DNA from: Chromatiales bacterium | Lineage (GTDB): Bacteria > Pseudomonadota > Gammaproteobacteria > SZUA-152 | Length of the DNA: 44,631 nucleotides | Assembly (NCBI GenBank): GCA_026999335.1 | Contig: JALTPW010000949.1 | Location: 1-44,631 of the forward strand | Reading direction: 5' to 3' | Shown here: positions 13,536 to 21,779 of the stretch, piece by piece | Layout: each line of letters starts with the position of its first letter | Position numbering within the stretch: position 1 is the first letter of the stretch | Program-made: the position numbers and the translations under genes | Notes under the pieces: generated by a model | Seen by the model: only the letters and a program-made list of their open reading frames with translations | What the model was told of the DNA's origin: nothing | Database searches by the model: none

Positions 13536-14306
13536 ATGAGTATGACATTCACAAAGCTATTCTCGTCAATTACGGAAAGTACGATTTGGTGCGAAGATTC
13601 AGACACGCGAATCGTCTGGGTCACAATGCTGGCGATGGCCGACAAGAGGGGTCGAATTTGGTCAAGCATACCAGGTCTTGCTAAACGCGCCGCTGTTTCT
13701 CTCGAAAAAACAGAGATCGCGTTGCGTAAATTCTTATCCCCTGATCCTTATAGCCGCACAAAAGACTATGAAGGGCGGCGCATCGAGGAGATAGACGGCG
13801 GGTGGAGACTGCTAAATTACGAAAAATACAGGGAAATAAGGGACAGCGAAGAGCGCAAAGCCTATAAACGGGAAAAGCAGCGCGAATATCGGTCACAACA
13901 AAAATCTGAATCCGTGGACAGTTTTGTGGACAAATGTGGACAATGTGGACCGCCGTTCCCCCAAGCAGAAGCAGAAGCAGAAGCAGATAAAGATCAAAAC
14001 ATCATAGTCGGCAGCAAGCTGCCTCCCTGCCCCCACGAGAAGATTATTGCCCTCTATCACGAGATGCTTCCCGAGCTGCCAAGGGTTAGAACATGGACCA
14101 CGACACGACGAAGGCATCTCCAATCTCGCTGGCGTGAATATCCCGATCTCGAAGACTGGAAGACGTTTTTCAGTATGGTCAAAAAATCTCCCTTTCTCAT
14201 GGGGGAAATCCAGAACAGCGATCGAAGGCCTTTTCGCGCCTCGCTGGACTGGCTAATCAAGCCGGAGAATTTCGCAAAAACGATCGAGGGCAAATATCGT
14301 GGGTAA
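13536..14306 (+). CDS. replication initiator/organiser-like protein
   Basis: ORF 13365..14306 trimmed to MSMTFTKLF; N-terminal winged-helix-like region, AEAEAEA linker, conserved phage C-terminal region (FRASLDWLIKPENFAKTIEGKY); iterons inside the gene. Confidence 0.6.
   Translation: MSMTFTKLFSSITESTIWCEDSDTRIVWVTMLAMADKRGRIWSSIPGLAKRAAVSLEKTEIALRKFLSPDPYSRTKDYEGRRIEEIDGGWRLLNYEKYREIRDSEERKAYKREKQREYRSQQKSESVDSFVDKCGQCGPPFPQAEAEAEADKDQNIIVGSKLPPCPHEKIIALYHEMLPELPRVRTWTTTRRRHLQSRWREYPDLEDWKTFFSMVKKSPFLMGEIQNSDRRPFRASLDWLIKPENFAKTIEGKYRG
13914..13951 (+). repeat. four direct GTGGAC(A/C) iterons (candidate origin)
   Basis: GTGGACA at 13914, 13926, 13936 and GTGGACC at 13945; followed by (GCAGAA)3 and an A/T-rich stretch. 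Confidence 0.6.
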
Positions 14307-14619
14307 GCTAACTGATTTCGACGATACCCCTGTTTTGTCGGTCCCCGATTACTCGAAGACCTGTAACTGCGGAGAAAAGACAGATGTTGTTTTCGTTGTC
14401 GTCGAGGACAGGGACGGCAGGGAAAAAACGGGCTGGTTCTCAATGTTCGGCAAACGTGGACGAGGCGGCTTCCTGGAGATGCAAACGGGGTTCAGGTTTG
14501 TCCGTTGGAAAGTCTATTGCGCGCGCTGTTATCAACGAGACTTGATCAGGAAAAATGCACAGCAAGTTCCGACAGAGATCGACGTTCTTTTTTTGGGAAC
14601 ATTTAGGGAGGGTTTATGA
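14299..14619 (+). CDS. hypothetical protein with CxC...CxxC cysteines (106 aa)
   Basis: ORF track (GTG start overlapping upstream stop); start uncertain. Confidence 0.5.
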   Translation: MGKLTDFDDTPVLSVPDYSKTCNCGEKTDVVFVVVEDRDGREKTGWFSMFGKRGRGGFLEMQTGFRFVRWKVYCARCYQRDLIRKNAQQVPTEIDVLFLGTFREGL

Positions 14620-16004
14620 AGTACGAGGAATTTATTAAATCAAAACAATTTCGCGATGTTCAATCTGGATTTGAGCAAAACGATCTAAATGAAAATCTTA
14701 AGGACTTCCAAGAGTTAATTACGCGGTGGGCTCTTGCAAGGGGGCGGGCTGCGATATTTGCTGATACAGGTCTTGGGAAGACTTTGATGCAAATCGAATG
14801 GGCAGAGAAGGTTCATAGACACACAAGCGGATCGATATTGATTTTTGCGCCATTGGCCGTTGCAGATCAAACAATCGGCGAGGCGGAGAAATTTAATGTG
14901 ATGCCAATCCGGTATGTCAGGAGTGACGCAGAAATAACTGAACCTGGAATGTATATCACCAACTACGAAATGCAGCACCACTTCGATCCGTCAATATTTT
15001 CCGGGGTAGTGCTTGACGAGTCGAGCATTCTGAAAAATCAAACAGGGAAAACAAGAACGGAGATAATTGAGCGGTGGGGATCTGTTCCATATCGGCTTTC
15101 TTGTACGGCGACGCCATCACCAAATGATTTTATGGAGCTTGGCAATCAGGCTCAGTTCCTCGGGATTATGTCGATGACAGAGATGCTTGCTATGTTCTTT
15201 GTTAATGACACAGGCGATACCGGAACATGGAGATTAAAGGGCCATGCGAAGGCAAAGTTTTTTGAGTGGCTATCAACGTGGGCCGTTGTTATACGCAAAC
15301 CATCCGATCTTGGGTTTTCCGATGAGGGCTATGAGTTGCCGCCGCTGAACATCATTGAACACGAGATAGAGACCGCAGAAATACATGATGGTGAGTTGTT
15401 TGCGAGACCTGCATCTACAATGAACGAGCGAAGGAAAGCGAAGCGAAACAGCATCAAGGAAAGGTGCGAACTTGTGGCTAATATAGTTAACAATAGCGAT
15501 GAGGAATGGATCGTCTGGTGCCACCTTAATGATGAATCGGCATTGCTCGCGGAGCTTATCCCAGATGCAACGGAAGTAAGGGGCGCGGACGACATTGAAA
15601 CAAAACAGCGCCGGCTGATTGGCTTCACGCATGGTGAGCACAGGGTTCTAGTCTCAAAGCCATCAATATGTGGGTTCGGTATGAACTGGCAACATGCGCA
15701 CAATATGTTTTTCGTCGGGATCGATGATTCGTTTGAGAAATTCTATCAAGCTGTGAGGCGGGAGTATCGCTTCGGACAAGAACATGAGGTTAATGTCCAC
15801 CTTGCCATAACTGATTCAGAAGGGGCGGTTAGGAAGAACATTGAACGCAAACAAGTCCAACATGAGGAACTAAGCCAGCAAATGGTCATGCATATGCGAG
15901 CGATGATGAAGAAGGAGGTCGCGCAAGCAAGTATTGAGAAGACAATTTATGCGCCAAAACTGAAAATGAAGGCGCCGGAATGGCTAAAGGAGGAAGTCGC
16001 ATGA
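14616..16004 (+). CDS. SNF2/DEAD-like superfamily 2 helicase
   Basis: FADTGLGKT (Walker A), VVLDESSILKN (motif II), CTATPSPN (motif III), C-terminal helicase lobe. Confidence 0.85.
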   Translation: MKYEEFIKSKQFRDVQSGFEQNDLNENLKDFQELITRWALARGRAAIFADTGLGKTLMQIEWAEKVHRHTSGSILIFAPLAVADQTIGEAEKFNVMPIRYVRSDAEITEPGMYITNYEMQHHFDPSIFSGVVLDESSILKNQTGKTRTEIIERWGSVPYRLSCTATPSPNDFMELGNQAQFLGIMSMTEMLAMFFVNDTGDTGTWRLKGHAKAKFFEWLSTWAVVIRKPSDLGFSDEGYELPPLNIIEHEIETAEIHDGELFARPASTMNERRKAKRNSIKERCELVANIVNNSDEEWIVWCHLNDESALLAELIPDATEVRGADDIETKQRRLIGFTHGEHRVLVSKPSICGFGMNWQHAHNMFFVGIDDSFEKFYQAVRREYRFGQEHEVNVHLAITDSEGAVRKNIERKQVQHEELSQQMVMHMRAMMKKEVAQASIEKTIYAPKLKMKAPEWLKEEVA

Positions 16005-16957
16005 AGGTTATTGATCAGGTAGTAACAGATGACTATGCCATCTACCACGCGGATTGTGTCGAGGGAATGAAAGGCATTCCCGATAATTCGATCCATTATT
16101 CGATTTATAGTCCACCTTTCGCCAGCCTGTTTACCTACTCGAATTCAGACAGGGACATGGGGAATAGCAAGGACCGCGATGAATTCTGGCAGCATTACCG
16201 GTTTTTGATCGATGAGCACTACAGAACCCACATGCCAGGGCGTATTATCTCTGTGCATTGCATGAACCTGCCAACATCGAAGCAGAATGATGGGTTTATC
16301 GGGATCAGCGATTTTCGCGGCGAGATCATTCGCGCGTTTATTGAAGCGGGTTTTATCTATCATTCAGAGGTTGTTATCTGGAAAGATCCAGTTGTAGCAA
16401 TGCAAAGAACGAAGGCTGTTGGGTTGCTTCACAAGACCGTCGAAAAAGATTCTGCTATGAGCCGGCAAGGGCTGCCTGATTATCTCGTGATGTTCAGAAA
16501 GCCAGGAGACAACCCGGAACCCATAGCTGGAAGGCTAAAGCTCGATGAGTACGCCGGCACAGACAAGCCAGATGTAGCCAGCGAGGCTTATAACGGTGAA
16601 GTTGAGCGCTGGAACTCAATAAATATCTGGCAGAGGTATGCGAGCCCCGTATGGATGGATATAAACCAAAGCGATACTCTGCAATACAGAAATGCGAGAG
16701 ATGGAAATGATGAACGCCACATTTGCCCGTTGCAACTCGATGTTATCTCGCGCGGCCTTCAGCTTTGGAGCAACCCGGGCGATACAGTATTAAGCCCGTT
16801 TGGCGGGATAGGCTCAGAGGGATATATGGCCGTCAAAATGGGAAGAAGGCCCGTTTTGTTTGAACTAAAAGAGAGCTACTTTAAGCTGCAAAAGCAGAAC
16901 ATGATCAACGCCGTTAACGATAGGGACAATCTTGATCTGTTTGGAGATACGGCATGA
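16001..16957 (+). CDS. beta-class N4/N6 DNA methyltransferase
   Basis: motif IV SPPF near N-terminus and motif I SPFGGIGSEG near C-terminus; ATGA overlap with the helicase stop. Confidence 0.8.
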   Translation: MKVIDQVVTDDYAIYHADCVEGMKGIPDNSIHYSIYSPPFASLFTYSNSDRDMGNSKDRDEFWQHYRFLIDEHYRTHMPGRIISVHCMNLPTSKQNDGFIGISDFRGEIIRAFIEAGFIYHSEVVIWKDPVVAMQRTKAVGLLHKTVEKDSAMSRQGLPDYLVMFRKPGDNPEPIAGRLKLDEYAGTDKPDVASEAYNGEVERWNSINIWQRYASPVWMDINQSDTLQYRNARDGNDERHICPLQLDVISRGLQLWSNPGDTVLSPFGGIGSEGYMAVKMGRRPVLFELKESYFKLQKQNMINAVNDRDNLDLFGDTA

Positions 16958-17187
16958 TTTGTGATTGCGAAAACCGGTTAAAAGTTTGCCGCGGTGAGGA
17001 TCTTCCGCACGCAAAGCTAACGGAAGATGATATTCGAGAGATCAGGGCTATGCATCACTATAAGATGGAGCAGATAGAGATATTAAATAAAAAATATTCG
17101 GCAAAGGCAATCGCGCAGAAATATGGCGTTCACTATAGAACAATCGAAAAGATACTAAGCTATGAGACATGGAGGCATGTACTATGA
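16954..17187 (+). CDS. small HTH-containing protein (77 aa)
   Basis: AKLTEDDIREIRA ... AIAQKYGVHYRTIEKILSYETWRHV. Confidence 0.55.
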   Translation: MICDCENRLKVCRGEDLPHAKLTEDDIREIRAMHHYKMEQIEILNKKYSAKAIAQKYGVHYRTIEKILSYETWRHVL

Positions 17188-17429
17188 CGATATTTCTTGC
17201 GGCTTTTGTTCTTGTGTTTATGAGGGCGCTACAACAACAAAACGTCATCCATCGTCATTACTGGTGGGCGGTTATAACCAGCTATCTAATCGCGATAGGC
17301 GAGGTAGCTGTGGTATATAATGTCGCTCAGATAGGGTGGCCCGCAGTGCCATATCTCGGCACTGGCGGTGCGCTAGGGGTGACGCTATCAATGTACGTTC
17401 ATAAACGATGGATCAATCGTGATGACTGA
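17184..17429 (+). CDS. membrane protein (81 aa)
   Basis: ORF trimmed to MTIFLAAFVLVFM (ATGA overlap); three hydrophobic segments. Confidence 0.55.
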   Translation: MTIFLAAFVLVFMRALQQQNVIHRHYWWAVITSYLIAIGEVAVVYNVAQIGWPAVPYLGTGGALGVTLSMYVHKRWINRDD

Positions 17430-17871
17430 ACTCTACATGATCAAACGAAACGGCGGCCTGTTTCCTGCGGGTCAATGCGAAAAAGAGATATTCGATTCTG
17501 TGACAAGGGACGAAGTTCTTGTCAAAATCCTCCAGCACCGCAACCCGAAACACCATGCCAAATTCTTCGCCATGATCGCCGCTCTCTACCATGATACGGC
17601 ATTAGGCGAACAATTCTCATCACCTGACGCCATGCGGTTTTACCTTTTTGTAAAGTCAGGGCACGCGGAAATCTATACGTTTCCAAACGGAAAAACCCAG
17701 GTTGTCGCGCAGTCCCTGAAATTCGCCAGTATGGATCAATTAACTTTTAATCGCGTTTATGAGGATGTCATAAACGTCGCTCTGGACTTGCTGAAAGCGC
17801 CGAATATTGCTACAAAACACTCAAGAGAGGACATTGATCGCATGGTTGACACGTTGCTGGGGTTCGCATGA
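17422..17871 (+). CDS. hypothetical protein, DUF1367-like (from memory)
   Basis: RNPKHHAKFFAMIAALY motif; start ambiguous (17419 GTG, 17422 ATG or 17437 ATG). Confidence 0.55.
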   Translation: MTELYMIKRNGGLFPAGQCEKEIFDSVTRDEVLVKILQHRNPKHHAKFFAMIAALYHDTALGEQFSSPDAMRFYLFVKSGHAEIYTFPNGKTQVVAQSLKFASMDQLTFNRVYEDVINVALDLLKAPNIATKHSREDIDRMVDTLLGFA

Positions 17872-18032
17872 AACCGGATGCAGAGATCGTTTATTGGCGG
17901 ATCGCCATGAAGAAGATGGAGGTAGGCAATCGCTATCTTGAAAAGGGAAACCGCCACATCAGGGACGCGCTTGAGATCATCGAGATGATCAACGAAAAGA
18001 ACAAACGCCCCAAGCTGACGGTGGTTAAATGA
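17868..18032 (+). CDS. hypothetical small protein (54 aa, below ORF-track cutoff)
   Basis: ATGA overlaps at both ends; MKPDAEIVYWRIAMKKMEVGNRYLEKGNRHIRDALEIIEMINEKNKRPKLTVVK. Confidence 0.5.
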   Translation: MKPDAEIVYWRIAMKKMEVGNRYLEKGNRHIRDALEIIEMINEKNKRPKLTVVK

Positions 18033-18421
18033 TCAAGATCACGAAGTATGACAGGATGTTGAGAAGCCTGCTCAAAGCCAAAAGGGGAAAAAATGGCGCG
18101 ATCCAGTGTTCGAGATGCGGAAGGAGCTATCCGCTCGACGATTGCGCTCAAGTTCATGTGTCCCACTTTTTCGGGCGGGCAAATTGGGCTGTACGACTTG
18201 ACGAAGAAAACGTGGACTTCCATTGTCATGGATGCCATCAGTACCTTGGCGCAAATCCGCATATTCATGCGGAGTGGAAGCGCGAGCAACTCGGGGAAGA
18301 ACGTTATCGGGCCCTGGTTCTCCGGGCGCATAAAACCATCAAGGAACTTTACGGGGTGAAAAAGGGGGTCTATCTTGACCAGTGGTATGAGCAGGCAAAA
18401 AAAGAACTTACGGACTTCTGA
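18029..18421 (+). CDS. NinG-like protein
   Basis: CSRCG ... VSHFFGRANWAVRLDEENVDFHCHGCH resembles the NinG Cys/His core from memory. Confidence 0.5.
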   Translation: MIKITKYDRMLRSLLKAKRGKNGAIQCSRCGRSYPLDDCAQVHVSHFFGRANWAVRLDEENVDFHCHGCHQYLGANPHIHAEWKREQLGEERYRALVLRAHKTIKELYGVKKGVYLDQWYEQAKKELTDF

Positions 18422-18552
18422 GAGCCCCGCGCTGTATCAGTATCAGTATCGCGATCCTAGCGCGGTAGAATTCGGCAGAGAAGTTGAGCTCAGGAAGGCG
18501 AAACGCAAGCTAAAAGCAAAATGGGGCTATACAATAACCTTAAGGGGGAAAC

Positions 18553-18999
18553 GTGGACGAAATAAAGCGCCCGTCTGATCATGTTCTACGAGACCGCAAA
18601 ACAGGGGATGACTGGCTCGAATCACGGTTGGAAGAGTGGGGCCACGATGAGTCTGTTTCGCGCGGCGTAGAACCACTTGCATACCCGTCTGTCTCTCCAA
18701 TGTATCGGATATGGCAAATCCAGCATAGTCAGGGATCAGTAACATGCCGGAGTACGCGATCCTTTGCCCCGATGATCCCAAGATACTACTGCAAACGCCG
18801 AATCGCCAGGACTCGGCAGGCTATTGCATCTTTGCCGAAGCGTTTTCGTAAAGCCCTTATCGCGCGGTATGTTGCTGACCACAATGGCAGAACTTTGGAG
18901 ATCCGGCAAGCGATCTTCATCGGCTGGACCCCGAAGACTTACCGCGCCCGGCTTTCTGAGGCGAAAAAACGACTGAGGAGAATCCTTGACAAGCTGTAA
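18553..18999 (+). CDS. putative late-gene antiterminator (Q-like)
   Basis: GTG start with AAGGGGG upstream; LEEWG motif and C-terminal LPKRFRKALIARY...TYRARLSEAKKRL; immediately followed by a promoter and terminator. Confidence 0.45.
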   Translation: MDEIKRPSDHVLRDRKTGDDWLESRLEEWGHDESVSRGVEPLAYPSVSPMYRIWQIQHSQGSVTCRSTRSFAPMIPRYYCKRRIARTRQAIASLPKRFRKALIARYVADHNGRTLEIRQAIFIGWTPKTYRARLSEAKKRLRRILDKL

Positions 19000-19014
19000 C
19001 AAATCGCCTATTTT
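18986..19014 (+). promoter_or_regulatory. candidate late promoter (PR'-like)
   Basis: TTGACA (18986-91), 17-nt spacer, TATTTT (19009-14); overlaps the 3' end of the Q-like gene. Confidence 0.5.
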
Positions 19015-19052
19015 CAGGTAAAATTGCAATACTTCTGTACACCTCCTTGTCT

Positions 19053-19078
19053 AGCCGCCTTTGGGCGGCATTTTTTTT
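19053..19078 (+). terminator. rho-independent terminator about 35 nt downstream of the candidate late promoter
   Basis: GCCGCC-tttg-GGCGGC followed by a T8 run. Confidence 0.7.
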
Positions 19079-19102
19079 GCCAGATATGGCAAAGGTACAT
19101 AA

Positions 19103-20638
19103 ATGGCTATCGCCCATGTCTCAACGGTCGGATATAACAGTACGTCCGACAGGGTAACGTGGAATATCGGCAGCATTGTTATTGTGTCTGCGGGTGTTGA
19201 CCGCCTCATGGTAGTTGACGCCACTACGGAGGACTCAAGCGGCGGTGTCGATATTGTTGTGCAGAGTGTTGTACTAGACCCGGCAGGGTTGGCGATCAAT
19301 CTTACCAAAGCGATAGAAGATCAGATCGTCACCTCTGGCACATGGGGCAATTCATCGTCCATGTGGTATTTGTTGGATGCGGACTATCCAGCAGACGGAA
19401 CATATGACCTTGAGATTACTTATGCCGGATCTGTCACGGAGATAGGCGCGTCTGTTAGCCAATATACTGGCGTTAAACAGGGGCCTCCAGAAGTAACTGC
19501 TTCTAATACAGCGCTATCAACCACAACTGTATCTACTTCTATTACTACCCTAACTGATGGCGCATGGGTGATGGACACAGCCTGTCATGGGGACGGGGTG
19601 GCAACATGGTCGGCAGATGTGGCGCAAAATGAGCGCGATGTAAGGGATGCTGATTCTCATTGGCATGGCGCAAGTGACAAGTCAGTGGCAACTGCTGGGG
19701 CTGCTACAATGTCATGGACGGCAAGCGCATCTGTTAATAGGTTAGTGGGTGTTGCGGCGGCATGGGCTCCCGCATCTGGGTCGGGGGCAGCGCTACAAGG
19801 CGCAGCGTCTATAAGCATTCTTGCCGCGGCGGCTTTAACGACCGGGATCAACCTTGCCGCCGCAGTCTCGATCACTGACACGGCTAGCGCCGATCTCACA
19901 ACCGGGATCAACCTTGAGTCGGCGACAACCATTAGCGTTCAGGCTGGGGCTGATTTATCCACAGATATTCGATTATCTGCGGATACCAGCATCTCAGATC
20001 TCGTATCAGCCGACCTGACTACAGGGATCGCATTAGTCGCTAATACCAGCGAGAGCTTTGCTGTTACGGCGGATCTGACGGCAGGAGGTGGAGCCGCAGC
20101 CCTAGAGGGCGCGACGAATATTACCAATACCACCGTCGCGGACCTGACCACAGGAATCCCGTTAAACGGCGATACCAGCCTGACGGTATTCTCGGGCGCC
20201 GATCTGACTACTCAGATCCAGATGGCGGCCGCTGCTAGCGAGACAATCCAGACCGCGGCAGATCTCAGCACTGGGATCTCTCTGGATGGGGCGACAAGCG
20301 TCACATTCCAGACGGACGCCTCACTTGAAGCTCCGATCAATCTCGCTGGGAATGTTGGCATAACGGTCCAATCAGCCGCTGACTTGACGACAGGCATAGA
20401 ACTGGCGTCTGACGCGGTTATCTCGGTTGATTCAGATGCAGATTTAACTACTGCGATCAACCTGGCCGGCGGGACAAATATCACCTTCCAGGCGACGGCG
20501 CTACTCACCGTCGGCGAAGTTGTGGTCCCAGAGAGCCAGATCTACGCCATCGAGGCAGAAAACCGAACCTATGCAATCGCAGAAGATGATCGGACCTATG
20601 CGATTGAGAGTGAGAACAGAACCTACCCCGTAACGTAA
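19103..20638 (+). CDS. tandem-repeat protein (511 aa), probable fibre or beta-solenoid-like virion protein
   Basis: about 230-aa N-terminal domain, about 12 x 20-aa repeats (consensus xSIxVxxxADLTTGIxLxxx), then 3 x E-x-E-N-R-T-Y-A-I. Confidence 0.7.
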   Translation: MAIAHVSTVGYNSTSDRVTWNIGSIVIVSAGVDRLMVVDATTEDSSGGVDIVVQSVVLDPAGLAINLTKAIEDQIVTSGTWGNSSSMWYLLDADYPADGTYDLEITYAGSVTEIGASVSQYTGVKQGPPEVTASNTALSTTTVSTSITTLTDGAWVMDTACHGDGVATWSADVAQNERDVRDADSHWHGASDKSVATAGAATMSWTASASVNRLVGVAAAWAPASGSGAALQGAASISILAAAALTTGINLAAAVSITDTASADLTTGINLESATTISVQAGADLSTDIRLSADTSISDLVSADLTTGIALVANTSESFAVTADLTAGGGAAALEGATNITNTTVADLTTGIPLNGDTSLTVFSGADLTTQIQMAAAASETIQTAADLSTGISLDGATSVTFQTDASLEAPINLAGNVGITVQSAADLTTGIELASDAVISVDSDADLTTAINLAGGTNITFQATALLTVGEVVVPESQIYAIEAENRTYAIAEDDRTYAIESENRTYPVT

Positions 20639-20649
20639 ACGGTGAAACA

Positions 20650-21036
20650 ATGAAAGCAATTAAAGACATGACCCCGGAAGAGCAGGCCAATATGCCTTAT
20701 CCCGAACTGTGCAAGCTCAGGCGGGCAGAGTGGCAGGCCCATGTTGACCAGATGACTGTCCGCCCCGAGATCAAGTTCTGGGAAAAATCCATGATAAACG
20801 AGTATGGACCCACTATTGCAGTAGGGCGCAATCGCGTATCCCCGCTGGTTGGGTTGATGGTTGTCCGATATGGTGAGGCGATCTGGTCGAACGTCACCGG
20901 CAAGCTGGAGAAGTTTTGGCCCGATGAATTCTCGGACGCGGATGTCCAGCGAGCGAATGACTGGATCACGGGAAAGCGCATCCCAGATAAGGTCATTTGG
21001 GCGACGCAAAACCCTGGCGAAGTACACGGAGACTAG
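20650..21036 (+). CDS. hypothetical protein (128 aa)
   Basis: ORF track; preferred over the antisense 20623..21084 ORF by operon direction and residue composition. Confidence 0.55.
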   Translation: MKAIKDMTPEEQANMPYPELCKLRRAEWQAHVDQMTVRPEIKFWEKSMINEYGPTIAVGRNRVSPLVGLMVVRYGEAIWSNVTGKLEKFWPDEFSDADVQRANDWITGKRIPDKVIWATQNPGEVHGD

Positions 21037-21039
21037 ACT

Positions 21040-21474
21040 ATGGCAGAAGCAAGCGATTACCTCGAAAACCAGCTCTCCGATCACATCTTTCGGACGGCGA
21101 GTTTCACCAAGCCAACCGGACTTTATTACGCGCTCTATACCGCCTCACCGGGAGACGCTGGGGGCGGGACAGAAGTTTCCGGCGGGTCTTATGCCCGGGT
21201 AAACCTGGCTCCGGCTGATGCCAATTACAAGGGCACCCACGGGACAACTACAGGCGCATCGAGCGGCACAGGCGGGCAGATCTCCAATGCCTCAGCGATT
21301 ACCTTTCCTGCTCCGACAGCGAACTGGGGAACGGTCACAGATATGGCTGTACTGGATGCCTCGACGGGCGGTAATTTCCTGGTTTACACCCCGCTGACCA
21401 CCTCGAAGACCATCAACAACGGCGATGCTGCCCCGTCCTTCGCGGTGGATGCCTTTACCAACACGATTGCCTGA
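21040..21474 (+). CDS. conserved phage virion-associated (fibre-like) protein, function uncertain
   Basis: 144 aa; LENQLSDHIFR...LYYALYTASPGD...EVSGGSYARV...ITFPAPTANWGTVT pattern seen in phage tail/fibre neighbourhoods (from memory). Confidence 0.55.
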   Translation: MAEASDYLENQLSDHIFRTASFTKPTGLYYALYTASPGDAGGGTEVSGGSYARVNLAPADANYKGTHGTTTGASSGTGGQISNASAITFPAPTANWGTVTDMAVLDASTGGNFLVYTPLTTSKTINNGDAAPSFAVDAFTNTIA

Positions 21475-21779
21475 TGCCGAGGGAATTCACCAAAGACCCT
21501 GATGCTGTCCTATCGTATAAGTTCGACTGGAAGGCGAAGACGAACGGATCAGGGCCAAGTGACTGGCTTGCCTCTGGGGTTACGATTGCAAGCCAAACAA
21601 TTACAGCGGACAGCGGGATCACCGTGGACAGCAGCAGCATTACGGATACAAGCACTTCGGTGACTGTTACCCTGTCGGGAGGGACGGCAGGTAACAGCTA
21701 CAAGGTAGCATGTAAGATCACAACGTCTGACGGGCAGACGGATGAGCGAAGTATTATGATCAATATTATCGAACGCTAA
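21474..21779 (+). CDS. conserved small phage protein, Ig-like look, function uncertain
   Basis: 101 aa; KDPDAVLSYKFDW ... TVTLSGGTAGNSYKVACKITTSDGQTDERSI. Confidence 0.55.
   Translation: MPREFTKDPDAVLSYKFDWKAKTNGSGPSDWLASGVTIASQTITADSGITVDSSSITDTSTSVTVTLSGGTAGNSYKVACKITTSDGQTDERSIMINIIER

Noticed and set aside
19657-20690. Minus-strand ORFs inside the repeat-protein gene (19657..19932, 19939..20151, 20212..20508, 20505..20690)
   Set aside because: They are antisense echoes of the 60-nt tandem coding repeat, with Ala/Ser/Val-rich translations and no start context.
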